DNA of 64,000 nucleotides from Terriglobia bacterium (lineage in GTDB: Bacteria > Acidobacteriota > Terriglobia > JAJPHL01 > JAPKYU01): positions 320,001 through 384,000 of the forward strand of contig CBDBKE010000002.1 of assembly GCA_965206645.1 (NCBI GenBank). The letters run 5' to 3'. The notes below the pieces were generated by a model, which ran no database searches, had not been told where the DNA came from, and was given only the letters and a program-made list of their open reading frames with translations. The first letter of the stretch is position 1. The number at the start of each line of letters is the position of its first letter. The position numbers were made by a program, and so were the translations under genes. This document shows, one piece after another, positions 21,548 to 31,361 of this stretch.

Positions 21548-21590
21548 ACCCGCCGTCGAGAGATCGAGCCTCTCGGGCGGGTTTTTCGTT
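21548..21590 (+). terminator. Intrinsic terminator/attenuator hairpin in the sulfite reductase leader
   Basis: ACCCGCC-gt-CGAGAG loop CTCTCG-GGCGGGT followed by TTTTCGTT, 43 bp before the ATG. Confidence 0.8.
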
Positions 21591-21632
21591 CCGCGCGATT
21601 GATCTGAGCGGAAGCAGACGGAGTACGGAATT

Positions 21633-23894
21633 ATGAAAGTCTCCAGCGCACTCTGGAAAGAACGGCTTGTCGGGAAGCTGCCGGATAGCTTGGCCCGCGA
21701 AGTGGACATCTTCGAAACGGAGATAGATTTGCGAAGACAGGGCAAAGTGGAAGAAAAACTCTTTGCGGAAACTCGGCTTCGCAGAGGTGTCTACGGACAA
21801 CGCTATGACAACGGCCAGCGGCACGATGGGCAGAAAGTCCAGGATCTCGCCTATCCTTCCAGACAACTGACCAAGGGGCCAAATGCGGTGTGGGATGCTC
21901 CCGGCATGCAGCGTATCAAGGTCCCTTACGGAGGACTCAATGCGGAGCAACTGGAGACCCTAGCGGATTTGACCGAGGAATATTCCGACGGCATTGCGCA
22001 CGTCACGACCCGGCAGGACTTCCAACTGCACTATGTGCAGATTGACGATACGCCCGCTTTGATGCGGCGGCTGGCCGCGGTCAAGATCACCACCCGCGAG
22101 GCTTGCGGCAACTCGGTGCGCAATGTGACCGCTTGCCCCTACGCCGGTGTTTGCCCGGACGAGGCTTTCGACGTCACCCCGTATGCCCGCGCCCTTTCCC
22201 GATTCTTGCTGGGACATCCCGACGCGCAGAACTTCGGCAGGAAGTTCAAGCCGGCCTTCAGCGGCTGCCGGGACCATGGCTGTGGCCTCACCAACATGCA
22301 CGATCTGGGTTTGATCGCAGTCAAACGGAACGGTGGCGGAAAAGAAGAACGAGGTTTTGAAATGTACGTCGGCGGTGGATTGGGGGCCGTTCCCTATCAG
22401 GCGAAGCTGTTTGACTCCTTCCTGCGGCCGGAGGAGCTTCTGCCGACAGCTCAGGCAATTGCCAGGGTCTTCGCGCGGCAGGGGGAGAAGAAAAACCGCA
22501 ATCGGGCCCGTATCAAATTCCTGGTCCATGACCTGGGGATTGAGAAATTTAAGGAGCTGGTGCTTGAGGAGCGCAAGAATCTTCCTCCAGATGTCCGATG
22601 GAACGATTCCCTGGAGGGCGCCGAGCAGGAGTCGGAAGGAGCTCTCCGACCCGGAGGGAAGCTGCCGGCCGGAGGCTCGGAAGACTTCCGGCGCTGGGTG
22701 GAAACCAATACTCGCCGGCAGAAGCAGGAGGGATATGTCGTGGCCACGGTGGCGCTCCCCCTGGGAGATCTCACCTCGCTACAACTTCGTGCTTTGGCCG
22801 ACATCGTCCGCCGGTTCACAAAAGAAACTATCCGCACCACTGTGGAACAAAATTTCGTTCTCCGCTGGATCAGTCAAAGCGATTTGCCCGAACTCTATCG
22901 AGCATTAAAGGAGGCCGGCATGGCAGAGCCGGGCGCGGGCACGCTCGTGGACATTGTTGCCTGCCCAGGCACAGATACCTGCAAACTCGGGATTTCCTCC
23001 TCGCGCGGGCTGGCCGCCGAGTTGCGGAAACGACTGGCCGAGAAATGCTTTCAACTGGATGAGGCCGTTCGAAGCCTGCACATCAAAGTCAGCGGCTGCT
23101 TTAACAGCTGCGGGCAGCACCACGTCGCCGACCTGGGCTTTTACGGCGTCAGCCGCAAGCTGGCTGGCCATGCCGTACCGCACTTTCAGGTTGTTCTCGG
23201 CGGTGAGTGGACCCACAATGCGGGCTCCTATGGCCTGGCCATTGTAGCGATTCCCTCCAGAAGAATTCCGGAAGTGGTCACCCGCATTACCGAACGCTAT
23301 GTCTCCGGCCGAAAGAACGGAGAAGGCTTTCAGGACTTCATTAAGCGAATCGGCAAGGTGGAATTGAAGAAAATGCTGGAAGATCTTGCCCAGCCACCCG
23401 ACCCCGCGACCGATCGCTCCTTTTTCCAGGACTGGGGTGACCCCCGGGAGTACAGCCTGGGCGACCTCGGCGTCGGCGAATGCGCCGGGGAGGTGGTGAG
23501 CTCGGTCGAGTTCGGCCTAGCGGCCGCGGAACGCGAAGTCTTCGAGGCGCAGGTGGCGTTGGAAAATGGCGAAACAGAGAAGGCCAGAGAGACGGCGTAT
23601 CAATCCATGCTCCATGCTGCCAAGGCGCTCGTCCGAATCGAGCACCTGGATATTTCCGACGACTCGGATCAGATTGTCCAGCAATTCCGCACCCGTTTCT
23701 ACGATACGCAGAAGTTCTTCGATCCTTTTGCCGGCGGTAAGTTCGCCCATTACCTGTTTGCCGCTCACCGAAAGGCCGAGGACCCATACACACCGGAGGC
23801 CACCCACCACTTGATCGAGGAGGCGCAACTGTTCATCGAGGCCTCGCACAGTTGCTACAGCCGCATGGCCACCCCTGCAGGCGCCAGGGCGTAG
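21633..23894 (+). CDS. Siroheme/4Fe-4S nitrite/sulfite reductase (probably assimilatory sulfite reductase) with C-terminal HEPN-like extension
   Basis: GVYGQR, HVTTRQDFQLH, CGNSVRN, RKFK, CPGTDTC and SGCFNSCGQH motifs. The Cys leader favours sulfite. Confidence 0.88.
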   Translation: MKVSSALWKERLVGKLPDSLAREVDIFETEIDLRRQGKVEEKLFAETRLRRGVYGQRYDNGQRHDGQKVQDLAYPSRQLTKGPNAVWDAPGMQRIKVPYGGLNAEQLETLADLTEEYSDGIAHVTTRQDFQLHYVQIDDTPALMRRLAAVKITTREACGNSVRNVTACPYAGVCPDEAFDVTPYARALSRFLLGHPDAQNFGRKFKPAFSGCRDHGCGLTNMHDLGLIAVKRNGGGKEERGFEMYVGGGLGAVPYQAKLFDSFLRPEELLPTAQAIARVFARQGEKKNRNRARIKFLVHDLGIEKFKELVLEERKNLPPDVRWNDSLEGAEQESEGALRPGGKLPAGGSEDFRRWVETNTRRQKQEGYVVATVALPLGDLTSLQLRALADIVRRFTKETIRTTVEQNFVLRWISQSDLPELYRALKEAGMAEPGAGTLVDIVACPGTDTCKLGISSSRGLAAELRKRLAEKCFQLDEAVRSLHIKVSGCFNSCGQHHVADLGFYGVSRKLAGHAVPHFQVVLGGEWTHNAGSYGLAIVAIPSRRIPEVVTRITERYVSGRKNGEGFQDFIKRIGKVELKKMLEDLAQPPDPATDRSFFQDWGDPREYSLGDLGVGECAGEVVSSVEFGLAAAEREVFEAQVALENGETEKARETAYQSMLHAAKALVRIEHLDISDDSDQIVQQFRTRFYDTQKFFDPFAGGKFAHYLFAAHRKAEDPYTPEATHHLIEEAQLFIEASHSCYSRMATPAGARA

Positions 23895-23932
23895 CCAGGG
23901 CGTTAACCCAGGGCGTTAGCAAAGAGGCCCTT

Positions 23933-24508
23933 ATGGAACTCCAGCACGTCAACGTAAAGCTCTACGTGGAGAATCCAAAGGGAACCGACCTAGAGGTGTT
24001 GATTCCAGTCTTTCACAACTGGATCCAGGATCAGGTGTGTGAGGAATTGTTGATCGATGTGGCCGATTACCGGCACGTTCATCAAGGTCCGGGAGTGGTC
24101 CTGATCGGCCATGAAGCCAATTACAGTCTGGACAATGCAGATAACCGGCTGGGCGTTCGCTACAACCGCAAGGCTCCCTTAGCAGGCGGCAATCAAGACC
24201 GCTTCGTGCAAGCCACCCGGGCGGCGCTGACCGCCTACAGACGTCTGGATTCCGATCCGCGGATTCAGGGAAAATTTCTCCTGAACGGTCAGGAGCTGGA
24301 GCTATTTGTGAACGACCGACTGCTGGCTCCGAACCTTGAGAAAACCTACCAGGCTGCGAAGCCGGAACTGGAAGGCTTTTTCGGGAAACTCTTTGCGGGA
24401 AGTGGTTACTCGGTCGCGCACAATGGCGACCCTCGGAATCTGTTCTCGGTCGAAGTCCAGGCTTCCAGGCCCTTCACAGCAAGCGAATTGCTCAAGAACC
24501 TATCCTGA
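23933..24508 (+). CDS. Hypothetical protein, likely co-transcribed with the reductase
   Basis: GAGG RBS before MELQHV; protein-like (LLIDVADYRHV...GPGVVLIGHEA); 38 bp after the reductase stop. Confidence 0.7.
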   Translation: MELQHVNVKLYVENPKGTDLEVLIPVFHNWIQDQVCEELLIDVADYRHVHQGPGVVLIGHEANYSLDNADNRLGVRYNRKAPLAGGNQDRFVQATRAALTAYRRLDSDPRIQGKFLLNGQELELFVNDRLLAPNLEKTYQAAKPELEGFFGKLFAGSGYSVAHNGDPRNLFSVEVQASRPFTASELLKNLS

Positions 24509-24622
24509 CCATTTGACACACGCCCTCAACGATTCTCCACGGGGAGAATCGTCCTCTGGTCCCGCGTCAGTTCGGGATGCCAACCAGGAAACGCCATGGC
24601 GATGTGACCTTGAGTTGACTAC

Positions 24623-25288
24623 TCAAGGCTTACGAACGACAACGCAAAAGCGTTGCTCAGGCCAGGACCACCAGGTATCTATGGCGCGCTCAAGTTGGAA
24701 CCCTGCGTCTCTGAGCTCCTGGATGAGAATATCCAACGGCATCCCATGTCCACCACGGTTTTCCGGCACTCCATCCGGCGTCGAAAGCCAGAATCGCCAA
24801 ACGCGCGGCTCAAAGTCGATGACCGCAAGCTGGCCACCGGAACGAAGCGCTTCGTAGATACTGCGGTTCATCGCCGTGGGGTCAGTGAAGTGATGATAGA
24901 CCTTCGACATGAAAATCGCGTCACAGCATGCGGCCGGCAGATTCGTGTCCGCCTCCTCACCGCCAACGACGGTCATGTTCGCAAAGCCGGCTGTCGCAAT
25001 ATTGTTCCGAAGTTCTTCCAGGATAGTTCCCTCCAGCTCTGTAGCGTAGACGTAACCAGCGGGGCCCACGTGCTCGGCCAACCGGACAGTCATTCGGCCT
25101 TTGCCGGCACCAATTTCCGCTACTGTGGTGCCGGGCTTCAACTCCAGCAACTCGATCAAGCGCGTCACCTCAGGGCGGGGATAAGCATCGCGGTAAGCGC
25201 CTATCGCGTAGAGTCCTCCAGCCAGAGCGACCAGCAGCAACAGCGGCCAGCTCAGCTTCTTTAGGATGTGTGCAGGTTGAACTCTCAT
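24623..25288 (-). CDS. Class I SAM-dependent methyltransferase with N-terminal membrane anchor
   Basis: VAEIGAGKG motif I; VYHHF; LRSGGQLAVIDF. Confidence 0.85.
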   Translation of the reverse strand: MRVQPAHILKKLSWPLLLLVALAGGLYAIGAYRDAYPRPEVTRLIELLELKPGTTVAEIGAGKGRMTVRLAEHVGPAGYVYATELEGTILEELRNNIATAGFANMTVVGGEEADTNLPAACCDAIFMSKVYHHFTDPTAMNRSIYEALRSGGQLAVIDFEPRVWRFWLSTPDGVPENRGGHGMPLDILIQELRDAGFQLERAIDTWWSWPEQRFCVVVRKP

Positions 25289-25365
25289 CGGCGGCGACTG
25301 GACTTCGAGCGATCTGAGCTATCCTTCGACGTTGGAGCTCCCCGACGCCTCGCTTCTGACGGACC

Positions 25366-27102
25366 TCAAATGACCGGGGTCTCCCGGTACGTGCCCCAGA
25401 TCTGCCTGAGCGTCTCCACGATATCGCCCATGGTGGCGCCTGTCTTCACCAGCTCGATCGTGATCGGCATGATATTTTGGTTCTCGTCCCTGGCCACCCG
25501 CTGCAACTCCTCTAAGAGCTGCGCAACCTCCTGATTGTCGCGCTCGCAACGAACCTTTTGAAGGGCCTGGATCTGGCGGTGCTCGGTTTCTGGATCATAG
25601 GGATGGGCGTCAAGATCCAGCTTCTCGTCCTCCTCTACGTATTTATTGACGCCAATGACGTTGTGCTCACCCCGGGCCTTTTTCAGCGCCGTCCGATAGG
25701 CCGTGTCGGCGATTTCTCGCTGGAACCAACCATCCTCGATCGCCTGAACCGCGCCACCCATGGTGTCTACTTTGTCCAGGACCGTGAAAATTTCCCGTTC
25801 CATTTGCGTGGTCAGGCTCTCCACAAAATAGGAGCCCCCTAAAGGGTCGACCACCGAGGTGATGTTGGTCTCGTCGGCAATGACCTGCTGCGTTCGCAAA
25901 GCCAGCTTCATCGCCTCCTCGGTGGGGATGGTGAACGCTTCGTCGAATCCATTTGTATGCAGACTTTGCGCACCGCCCAGAACGCCAGCTAGCGCCTGGA
26001 AGGCGGTACGGAGCAGATTGACCTTGTACTGCGGCTTGGTGAGCGTCGCCGCCGAAGTCTGGCAGTGGAAGCGCAGCCGCATGGACTCGGGCTTCTTCGC
26101 TCCGAACCGATCCCTCATGATCTTGGCGTACACGCGGCGCAGCGCACGGAACTTGGCGATCTCCTCGAAAAAATCCGCCTGGCTGACAAAGTAGAACGAG
26201 AGCCGCGGCGCGAAGCTGTCCACGTCCACTCCGGCTTTGACCACCTCCTCCACGTAGGCCACAGCGTTCGCCAGGGTGAAACCACTTTCCTGCACTGCGT
26301 TGGCTCCGGCCTCGGAGATGTGGTAGCCGGAGATGTTGATCGGGTTGTAGCGCGGCAGGTGGCGGGTGCTGTAAACAATGGTGTCTCGCACAATGCGCAT
26401 CGAGGGACGAACAGGATAAATCCACTCTTTCTGGGCCACATACTCCTTCAGGATGTCGTTCTGGATGGTCCCGGAGAGCTGGCCTGGGTCATAGCCGTGC
26501 TTTTCCGCCAGCGCGATGTACATGGCGAACAGGATCCAGGCCGTAGGGTTGATGGTCATGGACACCGAGATCCGGGTGAGATCAATCCCCTCGAACAGAG
26601 CCTCCATGTCGGCCAGTGTGTCAATGGCCACACCCTCGCGCCCCACCTCTCCATGCGACATTGGGTGGTCGGAGTCGTAGCCCATGAGCGTCGGCATGTC
26701 GAAATCGGTCGAAAGGCCTGTCTGTCCTTGCGAGATCAGGTACTGAAACCGAGCATTCGTATCCGCACCTGTGCCGTAGCCAGCGATCTGCCGCATGGTC
26801 CACAGGCGACCTCGGTACATGGTCGGATAGGGTCCGCGGGTGAAGGGGTATTGCCCCGGCAGCCCAATATCTTCCAGTGAAGTTTGCTTGAGATCCAGGG
26901 CAGTGTAGACCCGCTGGAGGGGCGACCCGGCCAGAGTCCGGTACTCAGCGCGGCTTTCCGGCTGGCGATTCAGGAAAGCCGCAAGCTCGCCCTCCTCCCA
27001 CCTGCGCACGCGCTCCTCCCACCGCGCGATTTCCGCCCCTGCCTTGGCGTCTTTGCTGTCGGCTACAGCGCGCCTATCGTTGCGGTCTTCCTTGCCTGCC
27101 AT
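25366..27102 (-). CDS. hcmA: 2-hydroxyisobutyryl-CoA mutase large subunit (acyl-CoA mutase family)
   Basis: PGQYPFTRG, WTMRQIAG (Ile rather than Tyr/Phe), STDFDMPTLMGYDSD (Asp), QNDILKE and ISGYH motifs; no B12-binding domain. Confidence 0.8.
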   Translation of the reverse strand: MAGKEDRNDRRAVADSKDAKAGAEIARWEERVRRWEEGELAAFLNRQPESRAEYRTLAGSPLQRVYTALDLKQTSLEDIGLPGQYPFTRGPYPTMYRGRLWTMRQIAGYGTGADTNARFQYLISQGQTGLSTDFDMPTLMGYDSDHPMSHGEVGREGVAIDTLADMEALFEGIDLTRISVSMTINPTAWILFAMYIALAEKHGYDPGQLSGTIQNDILKEYVAQKEWIYPVRPSMRIVRDTIVYSTRHLPRYNPINISGYHISEAGANAVQESGFTLANAVAYVEEVVKAGVDVDSFAPRLSFYFVSQADFFEEIAKFRALRRVYAKIMRDRFGAKKPESMRLRFHCQTSAATLTKPQYKVNLLRTAFQALAGVLGGAQSLHTNGFDEAFTIPTEEAMKLALRTQQVIADETNITSVVDPLGGSYFVESLTTQMEREIFTVLDKVDTMGGAVQAIEDGWFQREIADTAYRTALKKARGEHNVIGVNKYVEEDEKLDLDAHPYDPETEHRQIQALQKVRCERDNQEVAQLLEELQRVARDENQNIMPITIELVKTGATMGDIVETLRQIWGTYRETPVI

Positions 27103-27301
27103 GGCTTCACCCTCGCTTCCGATCACTAGCTCGACACCATCCCCCAGCTTCAACCCGCGCCCGCAATATTCGTACAATTAATACCGCTACCGGGGACTTG
27201 AGTTCAGACAAAAAGTTTGGCCACCACCTGCAGATCAATGTCCCGTAGGAAGGCACGATCCATCCCGCCTGCGAGTGCCGGAATGGATCCCGCACGGCGA
27301 T

Positions 27302-28723
27302 TCACCCGGTTTGGCTTTCATATTTTCGAAACAGGTCACGGTCGTCGATGACGCGCCGTGCCTTGAAGTCGGTCCGCGCAATGGTGTTGGGCTCGACCAC
27401 ATCCACCTTCGCCCGGACCCCCAGGACCCGCTGCAAGTCGCGTTCCGTCCACTTGCGAAAGCCCGCCACTGCTTGGCCCCCTTGCTCGTAGACGGACGGC
27501 TGAACCTCGACTCGCACCACCAATTCGTCCATTGAGGTTTCCCGAGTAATGACGATGCGGTGCTCGCCGCCGTATCCAGGCAGCTCGTTGAGCACGGCGT
27601 CGATGGCGCTGGGATAAATGTTCTCACCGCGAATAGTAAACATGTCGTCAATTCGCCCATACATGCCGCGAGGCAGCTGCGGGTAGGTTCGCCCGCACGG
27701 TGTTTGCCCGTCCACCCACCGGGTGAGATCCCCGGATAACAGGCGGATCATCGGCTGCGAGGTGCGTTCCAAGTGCGTATAGACAGGGGTGCCTTCCTCG
27801 CCGTACGGAACGCGGCGAAAGCTTTTCGGGTCGCACACCTCGGTGTAGACAAAGTCCTGCCACAGGAGCATGCCTTCGTGACTTTCCCAGCTTCCCGCGC
27901 CGTTCATCCAGGGCGTCATTTCAGCCATCGTACCGCAGTCGATCACTCGGGCCCCATAGACGTCCTCGATGCGTTTGCGAATGCCGGGAATCGAGGCTCC
28001 TGGCTCACCCGAAAAGAACATCAACTTCAGCCGAAAATCGAGCGGATTGTAGCCCTCCTCCTCAGCCACCTCAGCGAGGTGCAAGGCGTAGGAGGGTGTG
28101 CCGTAGAAAGCCGTCGGCTTCACCAGCTTCATCCACATCGCCGCCCGAGCCGTCATCCCTGGCGCACCCGCCCCGAACGGGAAACACTTCGCCCTCAGCC
28201 GCTCCGCCCCCGCTAGCGTGCCCCATGAGCCCATGTACAGGCTGAATACCCCAGCAATGAACACCGTGTCGCCCGGGCGAATGCCCATCCCCCACATCAC
28301 CCGAGCCTGAGCGTTGGCGATGGCGTCCCAGTCGCTGCGGCCGATGGCGAAGGCCGTGGGCCGACCGGTCGTACCTGACGTCCCATGAATGTGATGGATC
28401 TCTGACTCCGGGATGCATAGAAAATCACCGAACGGCGCGGCGCGTTCCTGAGATTCTCTGAGCTCTGTCTTGGTGACAACCGGCACGCGCTCGAAATCCT
28501 CCAGGCTTCGAATGCGGTCCGGATGGACGCCGGCTTCATCCCATTTTCGCCTGTAGAAGGGCGCCTTCCCGTAAGCGTAGCGCATGACCTGCCGGATGCG
28601 CCCGAGGATCGCCTGTTCCCGCTCCTGCGGATCCATCGTTTCCCGCACGGGAAACCAATACCGGCTCCCCGGCTCAGGAATATATTTGGGATCATATTGC
28701 GGGGGGAAGGACCAGTATTCCAT
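27302..28723 (-). CDS. Phenylacetate-CoA-ligase-like acyl-CoA synthetase, probable 2-hydroxyisobutyrate-CoA ligase
   Basis: HGTSGTTGRP, GTPSYA, SGEPG and GRIDDMFTIRGENIYPS motifs; lies between the two mutase subunits. Confidence 0.8.
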   Translation of the reverse strand: MEYWSFPPQYDPKYIPEPGSRYWFPVRETMDPQEREQAILGRIRQVMRYAYGKAPFYRRKWDEAGVHPDRIRSLEDFERVPVVTKTELRESQERAAPFGDFLCIPESEIHHIHGTSGTTGRPTAFAIGRSDWDAIANAQARVMWGMGIRPGDTVFIAGVFSLYMGSWGTLAGAERLRAKCFPFGAGAPGMTARAAMWMKLVKPTAFYGTPSYALHLAEVAEEEGYNPLDFRLKLMFFSGEPGASIPGIRKRIEDVYGARVIDCGTMAEMTPWMNGAGSWESHEGMLLWQDFVYTEVCDPKSFRRVPYGEEGTPVYTHLERTSQPMIRLLSGDLTRWVDGQTPCGRTYPQLPRGMYGRIDDMFTIRGENIYPSAIDAVLNELPGYGGEHRIVITRETSMDELVVRVEVQPSVYEQGGQAVAGFRKWTERDLQRVLGVRAKVDVVEPNTIARTDFKARRVIDDRDLFRKYESQTG

Positions 28724-28760
28724 TCCTTGTCTACCGGGTGGAGGCTTCCAAAGACAGCTC

Positions 28761-29159
28761 TCAACGCGGGCGGCGGTCGGTGACCAGCCGCCGGACCGTG
28801 TTGACAATCGTCTCGGGCGGCGTATCCTGGAGCAGGACCTCCGCCACCCCCATTTTCTTGAGCGCTGTCAAGTCCCCTTCCGGCATAACGCCGCCCGCCA
28901 CAAGGATGATGTCCTGTGCCTTTCCGGCCTTCAGCAGGTCGAGGATTCGCGTCAGGATCGTCATGTGCGCTCCGGACAGTACGCTGACGCCCAGCACGTC
29001 CACGTCCTCCTGAATCGCCGCGGAGACTACCTCTTCGGGCGTTCGGTGCAGCCCCGTGTAAATCACTTCCATGCCGGCGTCTCGAAGGCAGCGGGCAACG
29101 ATCTTCACCCCGCGATCGTGACCGTCAAGCCCAACTTTGGCGATTAGGACGCGGATCAC
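28761..29159 (-). CDS. hcmB: Cobalamin-binding small subunit of acyl-CoA mutase
   Basis: GLDGHDRG...SVLSGAH...GG B12-binding motif. Confidence 0.85.
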   Translation of the reverse strand: MIRVLIAKVGLDGHDRGVKIVARCLRDAGMEVIYTGLHRTPEEVVSAAIQEDVDVLGVSVLSGAHMTILTRILDLLKAGKAQDIILVAGGVMPEGDLTALKKMGVAEVLLQDTPPETIVNTVRRLVTDRRPR

Positions 29160-29813
29160 ATCAGTCTCTGGAGTGTTTCATCACGCTGCACAGCGGTTCT
29201 TTTGCGCGCAAAAGACCCGAAAGAACTGAATTGCTGGCAAAGCTCCGACGAACGCAAGCTCCTAAAGCCCTTTTCACAATTGCGAAGCAACAACTGCGAG
29301 GCAATAGATACGCAAGCATCCGTCTCACCGGTGTCCCTCCAAACTCTATGCGAACTACATCCTCGACTCCTTGAGAGGTTTGGTCAATAGCAAATGTTGC
29401 CCATATGATCCGCACAGCACATTGCATGTACATGGTCCAGGTTCTATCTCTGTCTAGGCGTCGTCTTTCGAGCACGCGCGGCACGAAAGGCGCCGGGCCT
29501 TGCTTCGGCTCCCTCCGGACTTCGTGGTACACTCATTGAGGCATACGTTGCTGACCCTTTTGGGCGAAGCTGGGGCGGACGCCTTCACAATCACGCGGAT
29601 CCTGGGACACAGCAGGGCGGCCAATATTTCAGAGGTACGTACACCCCAGCCCGGAATCGCTTGAAGGCGCCTTCGCCCGGCTGCATGCTCCGAACGAAAG
29701 GGCCACCAAGGGACTATCTGAGGCGTAGGAACTGCAGCTACGCGCTACAGTTTTCACTAGAGTCTGGGCAGGGGCAGAATGCGCAATCAGCTAAGTGCCT
29801 TGTCTTGAAGCTT

Positions 29814-29900
29814 GCGGAAGTGGCGGAACGGCAGACGCAGCGGACTCAAAATCCGCCGCCCCTCGCGGGCATGAGGGTTCAAATCCCTCCTTCCGCACCA
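29814..29900 (+). tRNA. tRNA-Leu (CAA)
   Basis: GCGGAAG/CTTCCGC acceptor stem + ACCA; anticodon arm GCGGA-CTCAAAA-TCCGC; long variable arm; GGTTCAAATCC T arm. Confidence 0.97.
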
Positions 29901-29925
29901 TCTTTCTCTCTTTCTTTTCATTGAA

Positions 29926-31047
29926 TTACTGCCAGTTTTTCTCGTGTCCCCCAGATATCCCCGAGTACACGGCCTGCAACAGAGCATTGATGCGTTCCTG
30001 CCGAGCCTGTGACCACTTGGCGTAATGCTTCCGCGCAACGTGCTCACCGATGCCAAGCACATCGGCAACATCCGCCATCGAGCCACCGCGTGCCAAAATG
30101 TCGGTGGCAAGAGTATGCCTGAAACGATGGGCGTGGGCGCCTTCTACCTTGGCCTTCTCGAACACAGCACCAAGTAGCCGTTCTGCAATGCCTCGGGCCG
30201 AGCTTTTCTTCCCCGACCCACTCCAGAAGAAATATCCGCTGTCCACCTGGCTACCGTTCTCGCGCATCGGGAAGGGTAGGGCATCCAGTGCGTTTTTCAG
30301 TTCCACGGGAATCGGCAACGTCACGTGACCCTTGGTTTTTTGGGTGAACAGTTGTATCTGCCAGCCGCGCCGGCCATCTGGTCTAATGCGGTCCTTGTCC
30401 AGCGTGACTGCATACATAATCCTCAGTCCGGTAAACCTGAGCAAAAGCACCAAAGTCCGCGCACGAAGCCGCTCATAGGAATTCTGGCCGATGGCGTCAC
30501 AGCTCGCTAGCATCTCTGCCGCCTGTTGCGGCGTGTACGGGACAACCTCTTTTGGTTGCGCCTTCGGTGTTTTGATTTTTCTCGCGTAGTTTTCTTTCGC
30601 CCACCCGCGCTCAAAACAGAAGGAGAAGAACTGCCGAAGTGTTTGCAGCTCTTTCGCTGCCGGCATGCGTGACACCTTCCGACCGACGCGAAAGGCATCC
30701 AGTTGCTCCAACCCAAGGGCGCTGACTGTCTCAATGCCGTTCCGCTCGCAGAAGTCACGGAGCTGACGCATCAGGCGCTTGTACTTGAGCAGGCTTGGTT
30801 CCTGCACGCTCAGTTGTGATTCCCAAGCAGCGATAGCTTCGGCAACGAGTTTCTGGGGTTTCGCGTCAGGGTCCTCGATTTGGGCGAGCTTGCGGATAGC
30901 CCGTTGCCAATCTCTCAGCTTCAGCGAAACGCGAAACTGGCGTCCATTGCGATCGCCGTCTGCCCAAATGGGGCAGTTGCAGCCGGTGTACTTGCGGCCT
31001 TTCTTCCGGTGTGAACAATTCTTCCTGTGGCGTCGGTAGAGATTCAT
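29926..31047 (-). CDS. Tyrosine recombinase/integrase
   Basis: TGLR, TQKT, HAHRFRHT and KHYAKW motifs; AGGAGG RBS before MNLYRRH; ends 25 bp from the tRNA. Confidence 0.92.
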   Translation of the reverse strand: MNLYRRHRKNCSHRKKGRKYTGCNCPIWADGDRNGRQFRVSLKLRDWQRAIRKLAQIEDPDAKPQKLVAEAIAAWESQLSVQEPSLLKYKRLMRQLRDFCERNGIETVSALGLEQLDAFRVGRKVSRMPAAKELQTLRQFFSFCFERGWAKENYARKIKTPKAQPKEVVPYTPQQAAEMLASCDAIGQNSYERLRARTLVLLLRFTGLRIMYAVTLDKDRIRPDGRRGWQIQLFTQKTKGHVTLPIPVELKNALDALPFPMRENGSQVDSGYFFWSGSGKKSSARGIAERLLGAVFEKAKVEGAHAHRFRHTLATDILARGGSMADVADVLGIGEHVARKHYAKWSQARQERINALLQAVYSGISGGHEKNWQ

Positions 31048-31072
31048 GGTGCCTCCTGGTCGGCGCATTCTA

Positions 31073-31306
31073 CTACCGGCACCTCCGTTCGTACACTCGC
31101 TGAGCTACGGATTCTGGGATCCGTAGGGTGATGTGGTCCCGCTTGCTTCTCCGGCCTTCCTGCCCGATCTTCAGCACGCCAGGCTCGTCCCGGAAAATGT
31201 CCCGTATGGTGCGCGAGTTCAGCACCCACACCTTGGCCAGTTCTTGCGGGCTGAAATGCCGCTCAAACGCGCTTGGGAGTGTTCCGGGTTGGAGGTTGTG
31301 GTTCAA
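31073..31306 (-). CDS. Excisionase-like HTH protein
   Basis: FSPQELAKVW...RTIRDIF...LRIPES; sits directly upstream of the integrase. Confidence 0.65.
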   Translation of the reverse strand: MNHNLQPGTLPSAFERHFSPQELAKVWVLNSRTIRDIFRDEPGVLKIGQEGRRSKRDHITLRIPESVAQRVYERRCR

Positions 31307-31361
31307 AGGTCAGTCCCTACGGGCCATTCCGTTCCTCATGGCTCTTTCGTACTCGCTCCCT

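Noticed and set aside
29161-29813. ORFs or a second element upstream of tRNA-Leu
   Set aside because: No recognisable protein motifs; att-arm-like words are too weak to support a call.
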